Shown here piece after piece: positions 37,801 to 49,601 of a stretch of 64,000 bases of DNA. How positions within the stretch are numbered: the stretch's first letter is position 1; each line of letters begins with the position of its first letter. The stretch is taken from positions 80,848,001 through 80,912,000 of the forward strand of contig JANJGN010000021.1 of the NCBI GenBank assembly GCA_026770705.1, in the 5' to 3' direction. Both the position numbers and the translations under genes were made by a program. Source of the stretch: Isurus oxyrinchus. Taxonomy: Eukaryota. The notes under the pieces are model-generated. The model did no database searches and was not told where the DNA came from. It worked only from the letters and a program-made list of their open reading frames with translations.

Positions 37801-40800
37801 TAGTCAATCTAAGCAGGATGTGGTTCTGCCTCTGGTCCATATGGTGTACACTGCAGAATAATGGTCACAGGAAGAAAATGTGAAAGACTGGTATTGGGTT
37901 TGGGAAGGAAATTGGGTCGGACTGAAGAAGATTGAAGCCTTTTCCTGATCCTCATTCAATAAGGTTGAACCTCAACAGCAAATTCAGTAATGTAATGTGT
38001 AGTATGACTTGTGTTCCCAGTGACCTGCCCAACATAATACCCCAAGCTGGTATAGTACCCATCCCCTTCTCAACAAACATCTTTAGCTGCTATCACACCT
38101 CTGCCCTCTATCCATGGCCTGAAGCTGAAATATGGGGTAAGGTAGATCAAGCTTACATTTATAATGGGTGTTTTATGATTTTAATTATCCTGCCCTGCAG
38201 TGATAACTTGAAGATCTTGTTCTGATTAGCTAATTTCTTCAGTAAGTCATTGTCAGCTGGATGTTTCTGGCATTTCACTTGCATTTCCCCCAACTTAGTC
38301 TACTGCATTCGTTGCTCCCAATGTGGTCTCCTCTACATTGGAGAGACCAAACGTAAACTGGGCGACCGCTTTGCAGAACACCTGCGGTCTGTCCGCAAGA
38401 ATGACCCAAACCTCCCTGTCGCTTGCCATTTTAACACTCCACCCTGCTCTCTTGCCCACATGTCTGTCCTTGGCTTACTGCATTGTTCCAGTGAAGCCCA
38501 ACGCAAACTGGAGGAACAACACCTCATCTTCCGACTAGGCACCTTCCGGACTGAATATTGAATTCAACAACTTTAGGTCGTGAGCTCCCTCCCCCATCCC
38601 CACCCCCTTTCTGTTTCCCCCCTTTTTTTTCCCTATAAATTTTACAGATTTTTCTTTTCCCACTTATTTTTAAATATTTTAAAATCTTTTATGCTCCCCC
38701 CACCCCCACTAGAGCTGTACCTTGAGTGCCCTACCATCCATTCTTAATTAGCACATTCGTTTAGATAATATCACCAACTTTAACTTTAACACCTATGTGT
38801 TCTTTTGTCCCATTGTCACTGACATCTTTTGATGATCTGCTTCTATCACTGCTTGTTTGTCTACACAAGCACCTCTGTCTCTCTCTCTCTCTCCGCGCCC
38901 CCCCCCCCCCCACACACACCTTAAACCAACTTATATTTCAACTCTTTCCTGGACTCGAAATCAAGTTCTGTCGAAGGGTCATGAAGACTCAAAACGTCAA
39001 CTCTTTTCTTCTCCGCCGATGCTGCCAGACCTGCTGAGTTTTTCCAGGTAATTCTGTTTTTGTTTTGTTTCTGGAGTGAATGGCTAATTAACTAAATTAG
39101 CCTCTTGTTGAATTGATGGTTGCCTCTCAGCTTTCTTGGTACTACATGAACTTCTTAGGTGGGTGAGCTGGGAGGTGTGGATGGTGTCACTGACCTCTAC
39201 CACCTGCTTTTATTATGTCTGTGCTGCTCTGATTTCAGTAAGGCATTCAAGACTGCCCACCTGCAATGGTTTGTTGGCACTCAGTCAAGATAATTCTTCA
39301 TCTTGATTTGATCTGAATTCACCATGATCATTGGTTCTACACTTTGGACCTCAGTTAAAGCTGGGTGCTGTTCCTGTTTCAGAGCGTCACTTGTCCTGTG
39401 AAGCTGTCTGATATCTTTTCCCCTGTGGTTTGTGGACTCTTCTCTGACCCTCAGACTGGACAGGGTCTTTTTCACTAAGTGAAACAATGGTGCTCCAGAG
39501 TGAAATCTCTAATTTAAAAAAAAACCTGTTCTGCCATTTAATGATGATGATATGGCTAATTGGTGACCTAACTCCATATACCAGCTGTTTCCCAATCAAT
39601 GTCTTCGATAGTGCATAACAAATATCGATCAGATTTTTAAATTTAAATTTCACTTTTGAAAGCAAGTTCCAAACCTCTAACATTGAAGTGTCTCTAATTT
39701 TATTTTAGATCCATGTTTGAACCAAGGCTGTAATGAGGTCAGGTGCTGAATGGCCCTAGCAGAATCCAAACTGAGCATCTGAGCAGGTTGTTGAGCAAGT
39801 GTTGCTTGATAGTGCTATCAGCAACACCTTCCATTGCTTTACTGATCAAGAGTAGACAGACGGGGTGGTAATTGTCTGGGTTGGACTTCAACTGCTAGTT
39901 GACAGGACTTACCTGGGCAGTTTTCAAACATAGCTCTTGCCTTTTGGGAGTATAAACAGTTCTATTATCATAATTGAGTGCTACTTACTGATTTAGCTTT
40001 ACATTTAAGCCTTCAACTAATCTCATTGAAGTCAGTCATGCTTAGAATCCTGGTAGCTGCATGCTAAAGTACCATGTTGTATTTTATGATCACTAAGATA
40101 AATGTTCATGATCCATTAGGCATTAACTAAATCTGATTTATTCATCATGCCTGAGACTAGCATTAGCTCAGCATGCCTTTTGACCAATCACCCCTTCATG
40201 ACAGACCTGGTTCAGCAGCAAGTTACTGCAGTTGCATAAGCAACATTGCCCTTGGTCACTACTTCAGGTGTCAGCTAATCCTATCTCCAGTTTATACTGG
40301 GGGTTCTTAATAAACAAGTTCAGGAGCCATTTGGAATGATACTGGACAGTGGGCCAAAGGGGCAAAGTTGCCAATGGCTACCAGACAAATTGGAGGCCTG
40401 ATATTACATTTTCTCTTTACTGATTGGCATCTCAGTAAGATTAACAATGGTATTCTCTCTCCATGGCAACATGCTTTCCTCTTTATGGAGCTGTTCTATC
40501 CCATTCCACAATTTGCAAGACCTACTAATCTTGGTTGCCTGAATGAAGGCTAGAACTTGCAGCCAAACATTTAATGGAGGGTATTTCAGAACTCTGCCGA
40601 AACAGTAATAGAGGCTGGAGGTGAATTGGATGTGGATGGAAAATATTAATGAAATTATACTCTGTTTCTAACTTTTCTTTCTTTGTTCCAGTCAAACCAA
40701 TAGTCACTGTCCAACCTAAAGTCTCACATCATTCTGGACAGTCGGCCCTGCTCTCATGTCACATCACTGGATTTTACCCTCCTGAGATTGAAGTCACATG

Positions 40801-43800
40801 GCTGAAAAATGGAGCAGAGATTCCCAATGGTGTTGTCAACACTGTGCTGTTATCAGATGGTGACTGGACCTATCAGGTGCTGGATCTCCTCCAATATCAC
40901 CCAGTGTCTGGTGATAAATATACGTGCCATGTGAAACACATCAGCCTGAGTGAGCCCAGCAGCACAGACTGGGGTAAGACTCAGTATAACCTAGTGTAGC
41001 TTGAAATAACAAATTCTGGAAATACTCCAGTCTCCCAGGATCTATGGAGGGAAATGAGATTTAATGTTTCAAGTCCATGACCTTTTGCCAGTTTAACAAC
41101 CATTGCCTTTACTCACTGTTTGCAGCAAACCTAGTACAGAATCCTGTAGGACACCACTGCCTACTTTCAGAGCAACTGTCCTTAATTGCTATCCTGTTTT
41201 CCCTATTTAATATTTGTAATTACTATACTACCCTTTCCTAATTCCATACACTTTCAGTTATCTTCTCTGGAGCCTTGTCAAGGGTTCTGACATGTGCACC
41301 TTTTTATCATAACCTTCAGGCCCCCTATAGCCTGTTCAATTTTAGTTCACTTCTAACTGCTTTGTAGTGTTTTCAGTGATGTAATCATTCATTAAAATAT
41401 TCTTGATCCAATAGTCCTATATCCAAGCATTTTTCTAATCTGTTTTTGCACTAACTTGCTTCAGGACATGAACCTGACCATGGTCATTATACCAGAAATG
41501 CTTACTCTGCAACTCACCTACCTGATATCCTTTTTAATATCTAATGATTTAATAACGGAGATTGCTTGATTTAATAGTAGAGATTCCCTACTTGTTTTAG
41601 AAATTCAATTTCCTTGTTAGTTTAGTCAGTTGGTCCTACTTTTTTCTGCCTTAGTGCATTTCCACTTCTCTCCCACAATGAATGTAATGATACTCCAAAT
41701 TATATACAGGGTTCAGACAGTCAATATCAGTCTTATAGCAAACATTCCCTCCTGCATGTGTATTGTTGTCTCCTCCATTCATTGTCATGTCCTTAAAATA
41801 ATTACCCAGTGTTTACCTTTCTGTCCATGCTGTTATATCCATGATTGTTGGAATTTGAAGCAATGACCATTGTAATACATACACTTTTGCTCAATTAAGC
41901 ACTACTCCTTGTCCCTTGATTTTTATTTTGTGCTTGCTCCTTTCCAAGATGTTATCTTAGATTGCTTTTATTTTGCCTGTTATGGCAGATGTATGCCAGG
42001 CAGACCAAATCCACAAGGGAAACTTGGTTGTGCTATTATAACAGTTCTGCAATTTTTTTATTCACTCATGGGATGTGGGCTTCACTGGCTGGGCCAGCAT
42101 TTGTTGCCCTTGAAGGTGGTGGTGTGCTGCTTCAAACAGCTACTGTTGATGTGGGTCTACCTACACAGTGCTGTTAGGGAGTTCCAGGATTTTGACCCAA
42201 CAATATATTTCCAAGTCCAGGAGGGGGTGTTCCATCTGTCTATCCTTCCCCCTTCTAGATGGTAGTGGTCATGGGCTTAGAAGGTCCTAAGGATCCTTGA
42301 AGTTTTGTCTTTATTACAAGATGTGTGCACTGAATTCAGAAGTAAATCTTCTAGACCTTTTTAGATTTTTAAATTCAAATAGATTTTGAGCACATACAGC
42401 TATAACAAATCTTAATTCCTAACTGACCTGACTCCCACTTACATGCCCCCGCTTAAGGCAACAGTCCAAAAATAGATTTTAGATTTAAAACAACCAGCAA
42501 ATTAACACAACCACCTGACAGTGGAACTCAAATGGCTTTTCCCAACTTCAGCTACTTAGACTTGTGCACTTGAAGGCTGTTTCTCTCTCTCTCGTTAGAT
42601 CTTACATGACCCTCATTCCCCTTTGTTCTCCCTTTAATATGTAAATTATGTTGTTCCATATGGATTTGGAACTGTCTTCCTCATAACATAACTTTCATGT
42701 TGCCAATATTGTCAGTAACCTTGGGGAGGTGGTGTTGGGGAAGAGAGAGAGAGAGAGATGCAAATAAACACCTTAGCCTTCAAATTATCTGGTTAGTTGT
42801 AAACAGACTTATGGTCCCTTTGGAACCAAACCATCCTTTCATTTACAAAAACAGAATTACCTGGAAAAACTCAGCAGGTCTGGCAGCATCGGCGGAGAAG
42901 AAAAGAGTTGACGTTTCGAGTCCTCATGACCCTTCGACAGAACTTGATTTCGAGTCCAAGAAAGAGTTGAAATATAAGTTGGTTTAAGGTGTGTGTGTGG
43001 GGGAGGCGGAGAGATAGGGAGAGAGAGAGGTGCTTGTGTAGACAAACAAGCAGTGATAGAAGCAGATCATCAAAAGATGTCAGCGACAATGGTACAAAAG
43101 AACACATAGGTGTTAAAGTTAAAGTTGGTGATAATGCCTTCACACCTTACATGTTAAGCCAGCATCCATGTTTACTCATTAGCATGTCAAGCACATTTCT
43201 ACACTTAGCTGCTTTTGATTTCAAGCTTGCAGTATACTTCATCTAATTAAATCAGAGCCACCTAGGTTTATGCCCATAAACCTAATTAACAAGCCAGAAA
43301 AATACAATAAAAATTATACTTTCATCACATCCCTGATGGTTTAAATGTCTTGTTTCTTTCCCAATTCCTACTATTCCTTTTTCCTATTCCTTGCAGAATA
43401 GCTCCCATCTTCCCCCAGAACTGGTGTTAATGCCCCATGAAATGGAAAGCTTAGCCATGTATTGAGTTTAGCTGTCCTTGTCTATTCTGGCATATAGCTG
43501 GCAGAGTAATCTAAAGATTACCAGCTTCCTCAACTCTCTTTCCCCCCCCCTCATTTGTTTGAGATCTTGGTGACCATGTGACTATCCTCAAACCTGCTCT
43601 TTCACTCATGGTCACAATCTCTGAAAGCTGAACTTTCATAGGGACCTGTAACTGTCACTTGGAGGATATGTTATATTTAAGTCAAAGACCATACCTTGCT
43701 GGTATTCAAATAGCCTACGAAGCTGTGTAGGAAAACTGGGGGTCTAATGCAGTCACACCTACATTCCTGTTCCCATTTTCCATTTTGTCTTCTCTGAATT

Positions 43801-46800
43801 ATGTCTGCCAGAGACTTTAAAGAGGCCTGCAGCCCCTCTGCTTCCCTCACTGTTCCTGAATGTGGTTTGGTTTGACCAAGCACTAGAAACTTGAGTCTAG
43901 CTCCCTAGATGTGGCTGCAGCTTTGGAATTTCTTTCAGTAGATCACCCCGTTCTGCTCTAACACCAAGATTGTTCTTACAGAAGTACAGAGTACACCTGA
44001 ATCAGAGAAACTCAAGATCATTGTTGGAGCTCTGGGCTTTGGGATTGGGTTGATCATTCTGCTGGCTGGAGTGATAATGAGACTGAAGAATGCTAAAGGT
44101 AAGATTCTGTTCCAGCCTGAAGCACCGAACACTTATCCTCCAGATGTGGCACTAGATAGTCTAAGCTTTTTTTTTGTGGCACTGTACAGAATAACTCCAA
44201 CTCAGACTGATATTTACAGCACAGGCCACCATTCAGCCCATTGTGTCCACAATGGCCAACAAAGATCTGACTAAACTAATCCCAATTTCCAATGCTTGGC
44301 CCATACCTCTAGGGCTGTGCAATGCAAGCGAGTATCTAATACAATGTTACCAGAGTTTGACTCAGCCATCCCTTCAGGCAGGGCGTTCAGACTCCCACCA
44401 CCCTCTGGGTGAAAAATTCTCAACTCCCCCTTAGATTTAAGGTAAGAAGTAGAAGGCTATTCCCCCTGGTTATTGATCCCCTCTACTGATGGATGCCTTC
44501 CTATCCACTCTATCTATGCCCCTCAATCTTGTACACCTCTCAGGTCACCCCTCAACCTTTGCTGCTCCAAGGAAAATAACCAGCCTATCCAATGTTTTCT
44601 CATAGCTCAGACCCTCCAGCCCAGGCAGCATCCTGATAAATCTCCTCTGCACCCTCCAGTGCAATCACATCCTTCATATGTGGTGACCAGAACCCCACAC
44701 AGTACTCCAGTTGTGGCCTAACCAGTGTTGTATGCAGTTCCAGCATAACCTCCCTGCTATTGTATTCTACACTTCAGCTAATAGTCAAGTTTCCCATATG
44801 CTTTAACCACCTTATCTACCTGCCCTGCTACCTTCAGGCAGCTGTGGATATGCACACCAGGGTCCCTCTGATCTTCAGTACTTTCCCATGGTCTTACCAT
44901 TTGTAGTGTAATCCCTTGCCTTGTTAGCCCTTCCCAAATGTATTACTTCATTTCTGGGTTGAATTCCATTTGCTGCTGCTCTGCCTACCTGACTAGTCCA
45001 TTGATATCCTCCTGCAGTTTACAGCTATCCTCACTATTTACCACCCTACCAATTTTGTCATCTGCAAACTTGATCATACCCCCACATTAAGTCCAATCAG
45101 TTATGTGCACCAAGCCCTGCAGAACTCCACTGGAAACAGACTTCTAGTCACAAACATTCCTCTGCTTCCTGCTTCTTAGCCAATTTTGGGTCCAGTGTGC
45201 CACTTTGCCTTGGATCCCATGGGGTCTAACTTCGTTGACCAGTCTGCCATGAGGGACCTTATCAAAAGCCTTGCTAAAGTCCATGTAGACCACATCAGAT
45301 GCATTAACCTCAACACTCCTGGTTGCATCAAAATTTGATCAAATCAGTAACATGACCTTCCCTTGACAAATCCATGCTGACTAACCCTGATTAATTTGTC
45401 CAAGTACAAATATATTCTGTCCCTCAGAATTATTTCTAGTAACTTCCCCACCACTGAGGTTAGAGCAACTGGGCTGTAATTTCCTGGCTGATGGCTTAGA
45501 AAATCCAAATATTAGTCTTCCTAGCTGCTGATCTTGGGAAATCCAAGTTGACATTGTTACCACAAGTAAGGTAAAACCCTTGCATTGGAAGTCAGCTAGT
45601 TCAAAAACAAAAATACCTGGGAAAAACTCAGCAGGTCTGACAGCATCTGCAGAGAGGGATACAGTTGATGTTTCGAGTCCATCTGACCGTCATCAGAACT
45701 AAGACATATAGAAATGAAATATAAGCTGGTAGAGGGGGTGGAACAGGTAGAGCTCAATAGGGGGCCAGTGATAGGTGGAGGCCAAGAAGACTGCCAAATA
45801 TGTCATAGACAAAAGGACAACGGGTTGTCGATGGTAGTGATATTATCTAAAGGATGTGCTAATGGGGACATTTAAGGGTAGCAAGCAGGACATGCTAGTG
45901 GCAGATAGCCCTAGTGGGGGTAGGGATCAAAATGGGCTAAAAGGTGGAGATGAAACAATAGATCGAAATAAATTTAAAAATAGATGGGAAAGAAAATTTA
46001 AAAAAAATAAATTATTGGTAAAAGAGGGATTGGAAAGGAGGTGGGGATAGAGGAGAGAGTTCATGATCTGAAATTGTTGAAATCAAAAATTAAGTCCTGA
46101 AGGCTGTAAAGACCCTAGTTGGAAGATGAAATGCTGTTCCCCGTTTGCATTGAGCTTCACTATAACATTGCAGCAGTAGCTGGCTTGGAGCTTGGTACAA
46201 AGTTGGCAGGGGAGCTGCTATAACTAGAACAGTTTAGCTGGGAATTTTTACTTATGTCAAAAGCACAGAACAGAAAATTCCTTTGATCATTAAATGTAGT
46301 GGATAATCAGACTATAAGGATATTTCTGAATTGCTGTTCAGGAGTTGAATATGTAATAACCCAGGTTATAAATGAATACACAGATGGCCCTGCATCAGGC
46401 ACAATCTATTCTATGCATAGATTTTAAAGATTCAACTAAGTTGCAATGTAACCAGACACTGGTTCATTATAATATTGCAGACAAGTAATTGTTATAGATT
46501 CTGAGCATTTCAGTGAAAGGAATGAAGAACAAAGTTCAGCGAGTTAAGTGCAGGGGAAATTAGGCCCTGAATTGGATATGGTATTGTGGGTTTGCCAGAC
46601 TTGATTGAGGAAGAGAAACAATGCCACAAACAGCTAATGTGTGAGTTTGACTCTGCTGGATACCACTATTGTGAAAGCTGTGTATACTTCCCCTGCCACT
46701 TGTAGTGAGTTTGGCATTTTTGAAAGCCTGTTTTTGAATGTCCCTTTTTTAAAATCCAAATGAAATTGTCCTGGTGATGTTGAGTGATCATATGATCTAG

Positions 46801-49129
46801 ATTGTATTGGAAATAGGAGTTGGCTAAAGCAAAAGTAAATAAACAAGTGACTCAATCTTGATGGGTATGGGCAGGGTAAATAGTGAGAAACTGTTCACTC
46901 AAGTACATCAAGAACTAAAGGGCACAGATTCAAGGTAATGGGCAAAGGGAGTAGGTGAGAAATTTCCCACTACAGGGTGGTTCAAATAAAACAAATTTCC
47001 TGAACAGGGGGTGGAGGCAGATCTGGTCAAGGTATTCAAAACGAATTGGATTGCTGAGTACCAGGTTATGAGGATAAGGCAGGGGAGTGGGACTGGGTAG
47101 AATGGGCTTTCAATGAGCCAGTGCAGACTTGATGGGATGAATGGCCTCTTTCCACACTAAAGATTCAGGTTCCAGTTAGTGTTATTTGCAGAAATCTGTG
47201 CAAAAATCAGGGAGGTCAGAATAGTACTGGAGCTAAAACTGTGTTTAAGGCAACTGATGGCACAACAAGTCAAGACACAGCTAGCAAAAGGAGAACAAAA
47301 ATGGATCCAAGGGGGGGTCTGTGAAAATCTGTGCTGAGACTGCTGTCTGCATGGACATCAGCCTTGCCTCCTGTAAGTTTAATGCAACTCCATCTGGGAA
47401 ATGGAGGGCATTTGAGTAGCTGAGGTTGCAGAATAACAGAATTTAGTGCAAAAATAGATCATTCAGCCCACTGTGTACATTGGCACTCTGAGCAATTCAC
47501 TTAGTACCATTCTCCTCCCTTCACCTTTTTCAGACAACAGTAATCTCCTTTCATATTTTGATTAAACCTGCCACTACAACTCTCTCCCTCAGGCAGTACA
47601 GTTCAGACCCTAACCACTTAATGCATTGAAGTTTTTTGTCACAACTTTTAGCAATTACTTTAAATTTGTTACCTCTGGTTCTTGATCCTTTCACTAGTGG
47701 GAACAGTTTTTTCCCCCTAGCTACTCACACAACCATGTAGTGGGAAATGCTTGTAGTTTCCTATAAGTCTTTCTACAGCCATAACAATCAAACCTAAAAC
47801 ATTCACAGGCAAATGACACTTCAAATAAAAGTAAATTTCACTTTAAATTGTCAATACAATGTATTTGGTTCATTACAGTAAGTTTTTTTTAAAGTGAAAT
47901 CTTGTTCATAGTTTCTCAAGCAACCCTCCAACATTTAGGTAGAGATCAGGCACTCAACTTTTTTAGCCATGAGAATCTAAATCAGGATAGCTCTATCTAG
48001 CTGACCTCTGATCAATGCCCCCAATGAGCAGGGCTCCTCATGTTTTCAATGCATTTTCTGGTTAACATTTGCTCCAAGTTTGATCTAAATCTGCACTTGG
48101 CCTTAGTTTAGAAAACCTTTTCACATCCACAGGATCTCCCAAAGCCCTTTACAGCCAATTAAGCCTTTTTGAAATGTAATCACCTGTTGTAATGCAGGGA
48201 ACAGGACAAGCAATTTGCAAACCGCAAACTCCCCCAAAGAAACGTGGTGACCAGAATCTCTGTAATGAGGGTTAAATATTGGCCAGAACACCAGGAATAA
48301 CTCCTGCTCTTCAAAATCATGCCATTGGATCTTTTGCATCCAACTGAGGGCAGCATGTACCTTGGTTTAACATGCCATTAAAAAGGCAGCACCATGAGAG
48401 TGCAGCAGTCCTCAATACTGCATTGAGTACTAGCCTGTGATCAGTCCTGGAGCAAGACTTGAATCCAACCTTCTGACTCAGACAAACTAACCATATTTAC
48501 TTTCTCTTTCAGCCATCCTGGATTCCAGCAATCCTGGCCCACGTAAGTATCCCTGCAGAGAATTATTTTGGATCTGTTGCTGTGAGAGGATACTTCAGTT
48601 CTGACAATTATAACTTTTTTATGGCATTCGCAGCTAGAAAAACCCAGGGCAGATACAGCAGTTTAGACAAAGTTAAGCTCCTGCACTGGTTGGGAACTGG
48701 ATTGAGATTCTCTCCAAACATGGACCTTCACTGCTTGTTGATGTAACTTTCATCCTTCACTGTAGGCAAAAGCCAGTGCAGAAAGCCTGTTTCCATCAGT
48801 CCCATCTCAGCAGTAATGTAGAAATAAGGCAGGTAATCTATGATGGGAGCTATAAATACTTTTCCACACCCCAACCATGTTTCTAACCTTGACCATTTCA
48901 ATGATTTTTGTGCAATATAATTCCAGATGCTTCTACCTATATACTATCAGTATATAGTCAAGCTCTTCTGTCTGTTTATTGTACAACTGGCTATTGCTAT
49001 CTGCTCATTGAGGCTAATTGCAGGCTGACCATAAGCAGTTTGGTAATGAGCTGTGTACAAAGATGAGTCCTGTACTTTCTAACCCTGGTAACCTTTGTTT
49101 CAGGTCTGATGGGTCCAGCTGTCAGTTAA
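31745..49129 (+). CDS. MHC class II beta chain gene (6 exons: 31745-31847, 35173-35433, 40692-40973, 43982-44098, 48513-48542, 49104-49129; 272 aa)
   Basis: Exon lengths 103+261+282+117+30+26 = 819 nt, open throughout. All introns are GT-AG and phase 1. The layout is leader, beta1, Ig-C1 beta2, TM and two cytoplasmic exons, as in class II B genes. Confidence 0.95.
31826..32343 (+). repeat. 45-bp minisatellite (~11 units) derived from the exon 1/intron 1 junction
   Basis: Unit GGAGTGAGGGGGAGCGGGGCCG|GTAAGGAGTCGAGTTAGACACCC versus the real junction GGAGAGAGGGAGAGCGGAGCCG|GTAAGGAGCCGAGTTAGAGACCC. Confidence 0.95.
32590..32970 (-). mobile_element. Old degenerate Penelope 3' fragment
   Basis: CAGGTCTGGCAGCATCT terminus and a decayed end of the GIY-YIG ORF (reverse complement of LEEQH.IFQ...NI.FKN). 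Confidence 0.5.
33530..34385 (-). mobile_element. CR1 3' fragment in intron 1
   Basis: YKSREVLLKLYKTLVRPH..LEAVQRMFTRLIPGM..RLSRLGLYS plus 3' UTR. Confidence 0.85.
35173..35433 (+). CDS. MHC IIB exon 2 (beta1 peptide-binding domain)
   Basis: GAHTGNWIHGCKFNSTRTWTYIDQFVYDHELISYFDFAQKKYIAVKDWMKSNVDRLNQESAEATYQEAIGICQNNIDIDEREVLPRR. It has the Cys pair, an NST glycosylation site, a (CT)n-AG acceptor and a G|GTGAGA donor. Confidence 0.93.
35427..35667 (+). repeat. G-rich minisatellite derived from the exon 2/intron 2 junction
   Basis: Five further copies of GGAGGAG|GTGAGAC(CC) separated by poly-G runs; a poly-C tract follows at ~35790-35815. Confidence 0.9.
38270..39066 (+). mobile_element. Penelope-like element 3' part (GIY-YIG endonuclease plus terminal repeat) in intron 2
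   Basis: FTCISPNLVYCIRCSQCGLLYIGETKRKLGDRFAEH...RKLEEQHLIFRLGT...LNIEFNNFRS*, followed by the terminal repeat. Confidence 0.92.
39705..39925 (-). mobile_element. Family B LINE internal RT fragment
   Basis: Reverse complement of the NYHPVYS..SKAMEGV..AQFGFC region seen at 12320-12490. Confidence 0.6.
40692..40973 (+). CDS. MHC IIB exon 3 (beta2 Ig-C1 domain)
   Basis: VKPIVTV...LLSCHITGFYPPEIEVTWLKNG...DGDWTYQ...GDKYTCHVKHISL...DW; canonical 282 nt. Confidence 0.97.
42052..42300 (-). mobile_element. Family B LINE 3' end fragment (decayed)
   Basis: TTTTTTATTCACTCATGGGATGTGGGC...GGGAGTTCCAGGATTTTGACCCA. Confidence 0.7.
42846..43133 (-). mobile_element. Penelope terminal-repeat fragment in intron 3 (hammerhead motif at 42906-42944)
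   Basis: Near-identical reverse complement of 38769..39062. Confidence 0.9.
43982..44098 (+). CDS. MHC IIB exon 4 (connecting peptide and transmembrane)
   Basis: EVQSTPESEKLKIIVGALGFGIGLIILLAGVIMRLKNAK, with the class II beta GxxGxxxGxxxxxxG motif. Confidence 0.95.
44210..45490 (-). mobile_element. Decayed CR1 (RT and 3' end) in intron 4
   Basis: Reverse complement contains VYMDFSKAFDKVPHG, SGVLQG, FAD, RPQLEYC. Confidence 0.85.
45603..46175 (-). mobile_element. Penelope 3' fragment in intron 4 (hammerhead motif at 45663-45700)
   Basis: End of GIY-YIG (EAQCK.EQHFIFQLGSLQPSGLNF.FQ) plus a terminal repeat with AGTT-CTGATGA-CGGTC-AGATG-GACTC-GAAAC-ATC-AACT. Confidence 0.82.
46860..47165 (+). 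mobile_element. Degenerate CR1 3' end
   Basis: RTKGHRFKV and GATGGG..GAATGGCCTCTT 3' UTR motifs. Confidence 0.55.
48115..48482 (-). mobile_element. Deu-domain SINE (SacSINE1/AmnSINE1-like)
   Basis: Reverse complement has a tRNA-like head (TCTGAGTCAGAAGGTTGGATTCAAGTC) and the Deu core (GTTAAACCAAGG..AAAAGATCCAATGGCA..GAAGAGCAGGAGTT..GCAAATTGCT..ATTACAACAG..TTGGCTGTAAAGGGCTTTGGGA). Confidence 0.8.
48513..48542 (+). CDS. MHC IIB exon 5 (cytoplasmic mini-exon)
   Basis: CTAAC branch-like motif, TTTACTTTCTCTTTCAG acceptor and C|GTAAGT donor; encodes (A)ILDSSNPGP in frame. Confidence 0.8.
49104..49129 (+). CDS. MHC IIB exon 6 (end of CDS)
   Basis: CTTTGTTTCAG acceptor; (R)LMGPAVS-TAA followed by an AT-rich non-repetitive 3' UTR. 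Confidence 0.78.
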
Positions 49130-49595
49130 CTGACCCAGTCTTGTGGATGTGGCAGACAGGATGAAACAGCTTTAAAATCATCTTTAAATCCTCCTGACTC
49201 AGTATTTAAAGTGACCACAGCTTACTGTCTGCTTGACCTTGACTTTTGATAGTTTAAGATTAACTTTGTGCTGTTATGACATTTTTACATGCAACTTGTT
49301 TATCATGTTAAATACATGCTTAAAAACAGGGATATGATCAGTGCACAGCTTACTGTCAACTGAATCATGGTGAGTAACCTCCCCAGCCCTCCAAAGATAG
49401 GGATCAGTGCTGGATGTAGGTCTGAATCTTTGTTTTAACATTCTCTTGCCTGTTCATTTAGCCTTGGCCTTGTTGTAAATGTCTTAATCTGCATATACTT
49501 GTCAAATTTGCTAGATTTTATATATGTAAATGTTTTTATGCAGATTGTGAGTTAATGACTTTTTAATCTTTGTCTGTCATAGTGAAACCATTTTG

Positions 49596-49601
49596 ATTAA
49601 A
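49596..49601 (+). terminator. Candidate polyadenylation signal ATTAAA
   Basis: ~470 nt after the stop, followed by GT/T-rich sequence; no transcript evidence. Confidence 0.45.

Noticed and set aside
40692-40973. MHC class I, beta2-microglobulin, Ig/TCR constant or W-category chain
   Set aside because: There is a single peptide-binding exon with a Cys pair, GDWTYQ retains the class II beta Trp, and the class II beta TM glycine pattern is present. All fit an ordinary class II beta chain.
41979-43329. Possible solo LTR (TGT...ACA) in intron 3, and similar unassigned blocks at ~36860-37775 and ~49850-50530
   Set aside because: No matching TSD or second copy in the window, so it cannot be supported without a repeat library.
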